Below are positions 63,296-64,000 of a stretch of DNA of 64,000 bases, piece by piece. The number at the start of each line of letters is the position of its first letter. The stretch's first letter is position 1. The stretch lies in IMG/VR virus record IMGVR_UViG_3300045988_117041; one strand, written 5' to 3'. The notes under the pieces were generated by a model that worked only from the letters and a program-made list of their open reading frames with translations, was not told the origin of the DNA and did not search any database. The position numbers and the translations under genes were made by a program. The DNA comes from a virus.

Positions 63296-63487
63296 ATGGC
63301 TAATGAAAGATACACCATCCTGGTAGAACCATGTCTTACAGACCGGGCCGCACAGACCTACAAGAAAAGATATAACACACTGTCTGAGTTCTACACCACA
63401 GCGATTTTAAATCAGCTTGAAAATGATGGGGACTTTGATATTCGTGATGAATACCAGGAGGTGTTAGAACGTGCCGAAGAAAATTAG
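63296..63487 (+). CDS. hypothetical protein (63 aa)
   Basis: SD taaggagga. Confidence 0.5.
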   Translation: MANERYTILVEPCLTDRAAQTYKKRYNTLSEFYTTAILNQLENDGDFDIRDEYQEVLERAEEN

Positions 63488-64000
63488 TTTAAAGACAAAA
63501 GGTAGTGTTGGTGTTTCCAGAAACCAGACCACCACAAAGACAACACCAAAGACACAGAGTAAGTCTATAACCCCGGCCCAAAAGAAGTTATTAGACGAAC
63601 TGTCAAAGAAGTTTGGGGAAAACACAGTGACGTTGGGTGTTCCAGAAAAGCGTCTTGTGATACAGAGAATAAGAACAGGGTCATTGTCACTCGATATTGA
63701 TTTAGGTGGTGGTATACCTTGTGGTCGATATACAGAGATTGCAGGGCCGTTGTCTTCTACTAAAACTACAACGTCCTTGCATATTTTGCGCAACGCGCAG
63801 AGAATGGGTAAAGTGTGTGTTTTAGTAGACGCAGAGGGAACTACAGACCCAGAGTATTTAGAGCGTTTAGGTATTGACCCTAATATGCTTTACTATTCCC
63901 GTCCAGACAGTTTAGAGGAAGCGGCACAGTTGTTGTTAGACCTACAAAAAAGTGGTCTTGTACAAGTTGGTCTTTTAGACAGTATCGCCGCTTTAGGTGC
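63471..64000 (+). CDS. recA: RecA/RadA-like recombinase (5' part, runs off the window; absent from the ORF track)
   Basis: GTG at 63471 lies 10 nt after aggagg. Sequence reads RIRTGSLSLDIDLGGGIPCGRYTEIAGPLSSTKTT...VCVLVDAEG...LLDSIAAL. Confidence 0.7.
   Translation, partial: MPKKISLKTKGSVGVSRNQTTTKTTPKTQSKSITPAQKKLLDELSKKFGENTVTLGVPEKRLVIQRIRTGSLSLDIDLGGGIPCGRYTEIAGPLSSTKTTTSLHILRNAQRMGKVCVLVDAEGTTDPEYLERLGIDPNMLYYSRPDSLEEAAQLLLDLQKSGLVQVGLLDSIAALG

Overview
This 64-kb window comes from a large dsDNA phage with a contractile tail. The host is probably Gram-positive and Firmicutes/Clostridia-like. That inference rests on AGGAGG-type SD sites, TTGACA-N17-TATAAT-type promoters, and a CHAP endolysin with choline-binding-type wall repeats. 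All convincing genes are on the + strand, apart from one silent minus-strand cassette. Layout: (1) 1-5750 holds four short early operons of small, often Cys-rich proteins, each with its own promoter and hairpin terminator. (2) 5760-6895 is a repeat-dense region of about 1.1 kb without ORFs. (3) 6896-16998 holds accessory and early genes, a stand-alone ncRNA locus with a tRNA-like element, a secreted SleB-like hydrolase and an ATP-dependent DNA ligase. (4) 17090-46305 holds the structural and lysis module: TerL, portal, scaffold, capsid, then a PBSX/Xkd-like tail (sheath, tube, tape measure, LysM, gpD-like, gpV, gp25, gpJ, gpI-like fibres), holin and endolysin. (5) 46509-64000 holds the replication module: SF2 helicase, DnaC-like loader, DnaB, primase, SSB-like protein, HU, Pol I and the start of a RecA-like gene. 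Top observations: (a) perfect 26-bp inverted repeats bracket a 913-bp segment. Inverting it would swap the tail-fibre C-terminus for a silent minus-strand cassette, as in the Mu G segment, yet no invertase is present in the window. (b) LAGLIDADG-type inteins split the DExH box of the helicase and the region next to motif A of Pol I. (c) A synonymously recoded vestigial copy of the polA 3' end lies just downstream of the gene. (d) A tRNA-like element with a defective anticodon arm lies inside an autonomous ncRNA unit. (e) There is a tandem DUF2829 protein (the family that includes Tad2). All homology calls come from reading motifs by eye. No database search was run.
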